Assembly (NCBI RefSeq): GCF_963921235.1
Contig: NC_086107.1
Coordinates: 102,612,001-102,676,000 of the forward strand
Source: Mobula hypostoma
Taxonomy: Eukaryota
DNA: 64,000 nucleotides
Direction: 5' to 3'
Shown: positions 61,511-64,000 of the stretch, piece by piece
How positions within the stretch are numbered: the stretch's first letter is position 1
Layout: every line of letters starts with the position of its first letter
Position numbers and translations under genes: made by a program
The notes under the pieces: generated by a model
The model's database searches: none
Told to the model about the DNA's origin: nothing
What the model saw: the letters and a program-made list of their open reading frames with translations, nothing else

Positions 61511-62489
61511 AATTTACTAGCCAGAAACCTTAAGCGAAGATGCTGGAAATGTAAAATACAAACAGAAAATGCTGGAAACACTCAGCAGGTTAAGCAATAT
61601 CTGTGCAGAGACAAACAGAGTTAATACTTCAGTGTGAAGGTTGCTCCATCAGTTTCGATGAAAGGTCTTTGACCTTCTCCTTCCACAACTGTTACCTGGC
61701 CTGCTGAAGTTTCCTGTATTTTCTGACCATTTATTTCACCTGTCCTTCAGCCACACCTCCGACTGGAAGGGATGTCAGAGGACCTCGGCTGTTGTGAGTG
61801 TGACGGTTTTCTTTGCTCTTGGAGTCATAGAATGCCACAGCAAAGAAACCGGGCGTTTGGCCTGTCTAGTCTGTGCTGATCTATTCATCTGCCCATTCCC
61901 ATCAACCTACATCTGGTCCTTAGCCCTTCATGCCTCTCCCTTCCATGTACCTATCCAAATTTCTCTTAAATGTTGAAAGGGGCCCTGCATCCACACCCTC
62001 ACCACTCTCTGAGTGATGTACCCCCTCATTTATACAACACAGAGTAGGCTTTTCGAGCCGCGTTGACCCAGCAATCCCACGATTTAATCTGGGACAATTT
62101 ACAGTGACCCATTAACCTGTCAACTGGTACATCTTTGGACTGTGGAGGAAACTGAAGCACCCGGAGGAAACCCACAGGGTCACGGGGAGAAGGTACAAAC
62201 TCCTTCTGGGCGGCAGTGGGAATTGAACCCTTGGTCGTTGGTCCTGTAAAGCGTTGTGTTAGCCACTAAGTTACTGTGTTGCCCCTTAAACCCTTAAACC
62301 ATGACTCAGTGGAAAAAAAGCCTGCTTCCATTTAGCTTATCTATGCCCCTCATAATTTTATATACAATTGCAGATGCTGCAGTTCTTCTCTTCGGTAAAG
62401 TGTTTGCGACTTTCACTCTCAGGACTGAGACCACTTAATCCCCAGGTCAGGAATTATAGGCCTAAAGCCTACCTCCAGTGCTGGCTGAA

Positions 62490-63360
62490 GAAACATAGAA
62501 ACCTACAGCACAATACAGGCCCTTCGGCCCACAAAGCTGTGCCCAACATGTTCTTATTTTAGAAATTATCTCAGGTTACCCATAGCCCTCTATTTTTCTG
62601 AGCTCCATGTACCTATCTAGGAGTCTTTTAAAAGACCCTATGGTATTCACCTCCACCACCGTCGCTGGCAGCCCGTTCCATGCACTCATCACTCTCTGCG
62701 TAAAAAAACTTATCCCTGACATCTCCTCTGTACCTACTTCCAAGCACCTTAAAACGGTACCTTCTCATGCTAGCCATTTCAGCTCTGGGGAAAAGCCTCT
62801 GACTATCCACACAATCAATGCCTCTTATCAACTTACATGCCTCTCTCAGGTCACCTCTCATCCTCTGTCGCTCCAAGGAGAAAAGGCTGAGTTCACTCAA
62901 CCTATTCTCATAAGCCATGCTCCCCAATCCAGGCAACACCCTTGTAAATCTATTCTGTTATCCTTTCTGTGGTTTCCACATCCTTCCTATGGTGAGGTGA
63001 CTGAACTGAGCACAGTACTCCAAGTGAGGTCTGACCAGGGTCCTATATAGCTGCAACATTACCTCTCGGCTCCTAAACTCAGTCCCACGATTGATGAAGG
63101 CCAATGCACAGAGTCTTAACCACAGAGTCAACCTGCGCGGTAGCTTTGAGTGTCCTATGGACTCGGACCACAATATCTTCCGACCCTCCACACTGCCAAG
63201 AGTCTTACCATTAATACTATATTCTGTCATCATATTTGACCTACCAAAATGAATTACCTAACACGGATCTGGGTTGAACTCCATTTGCCACTTCTCAGCC
63301 CAGTTTTGCATCCCATCAGTGTCCCACTGTAACCTCTGACAGCCCTCCACACTATCCACA
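62490..63360 (-). mobile_element. CR1-like LINE 3' fragment
   Basis: ORFs LYRTLVRPHLEYCAQF, MLPGLGSMAYENRL. Confidence 0.88.
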
Positions 63361-64000
63361 ACCTTCACACTATCCATTATCACTATCCTCCACACTATCC
63401 ACAAGATCTAGTAAAAATTTACAACCTTTTAAGGCTGATAGAATATAACTTTTCCCATTACGATAAATGTAATAAGTCTGACTTAAATGTTGGAGTGTAG
63501 GTATAGATCTCTCCTGTACACTTACAAATGCTGCAATGAGTTAGGACTGAACTTCTACAGCTTTAAAATCTGTGCAAAATAATGGTTTTGCACCAGCTAC
63601 TCGATATTAAGAGTTAAAAACAGTCATGCTGACCTATTTTCACACTAAATCTTGTGACTGAAAAAAGTCAGAAAACGCTACAGATGAAGGAAATCTGAAA
63701 TACAAATGGAAAATGCCAAAAAATACAAAAATAAGAGTGAAGAAGAACTTTAGCTTCGTAGCACAGCTTCATTTGTTCTGATAGGTTGAATGAAGAGCAG
63801 TGAGCAGAAGCTTATGCAGTGCAAATACTGGCACTTATCTTTGGTTCTAGATAGTCTGTTAATTTTAGAGTAAATTTTGTTCAGGGTTATGATAGAGAGA
63901 ATGAGTATCAGTTTTTCAGGAGCTCAAGATAAATAATGACGATCATTTTTGTGCCTCACCAGTATCAAGACCAATGACACCAAACAACAACAAGGGCGTA

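Noticed and set aside
1..64000. Prokaryote-style novel system (CRISPR array, defence operon, retron)
   Set aside because: Spliced vertebrate gene and eukaryotic TEs; the repeated GCTGGAGGAACTCAGC units are dispersed PLE ends, not regularly spaced repeat-spacer arrays

Overview
This is eukaryotic (vertebrate) genomic DNA. The repeat content (CR1/HER1-like LINEs, V-SINE/DeuSINE-like SINEs, abundant Penelope-like element ends) points by inference to a cartilaginous fish, probably a ray. The only host protein-coding gene I can assemble is the 5' part of a ZC3H7-family gene (TPR plus CCCH zinc-finger RNA-binding protein) on the + strand. It has nine coding exons from 19676 to 60453 with canonical GT-AG sites and consistent phases, giving 1156 nt (385 codons + 1 nt), and it continues past the window end. 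It mixes ZC3H7A-like and ZC3H7B-like features, and A is slightly favoured. A CpG-enriched promoter with two divergent ZNF143-type motifs lies at ~7.7-7.9 kb, probably driving a minus-strand neighbour, and a second CpG-rich candidate promoter/first exon lies at ~11.1-11.5 kb. The rest is intron/intergenic DNA packed with TEs: CR1, Rex1/Babar-like, RTE, L1-like, Penelope-like, Tigger, Tc1, hAT and Harbinger MITEs, and SINEs. The most notable hidden signal is more than a dozen minimal type-I hammerhead-ribozyme motifs (CUGANGA...GAAACGUC) from about four sequence families, carried by Penelope-like ends. Three look intact, two of those are sense to the host pre-mRNA, and many sit in fold-back insertions with 12-16 bp target-site duplications. 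Hammerheads in Penelope-like elements are a known phenomenon; activity here is untested. TE boundaries are approximate unless a TSD/TIR is quoted.
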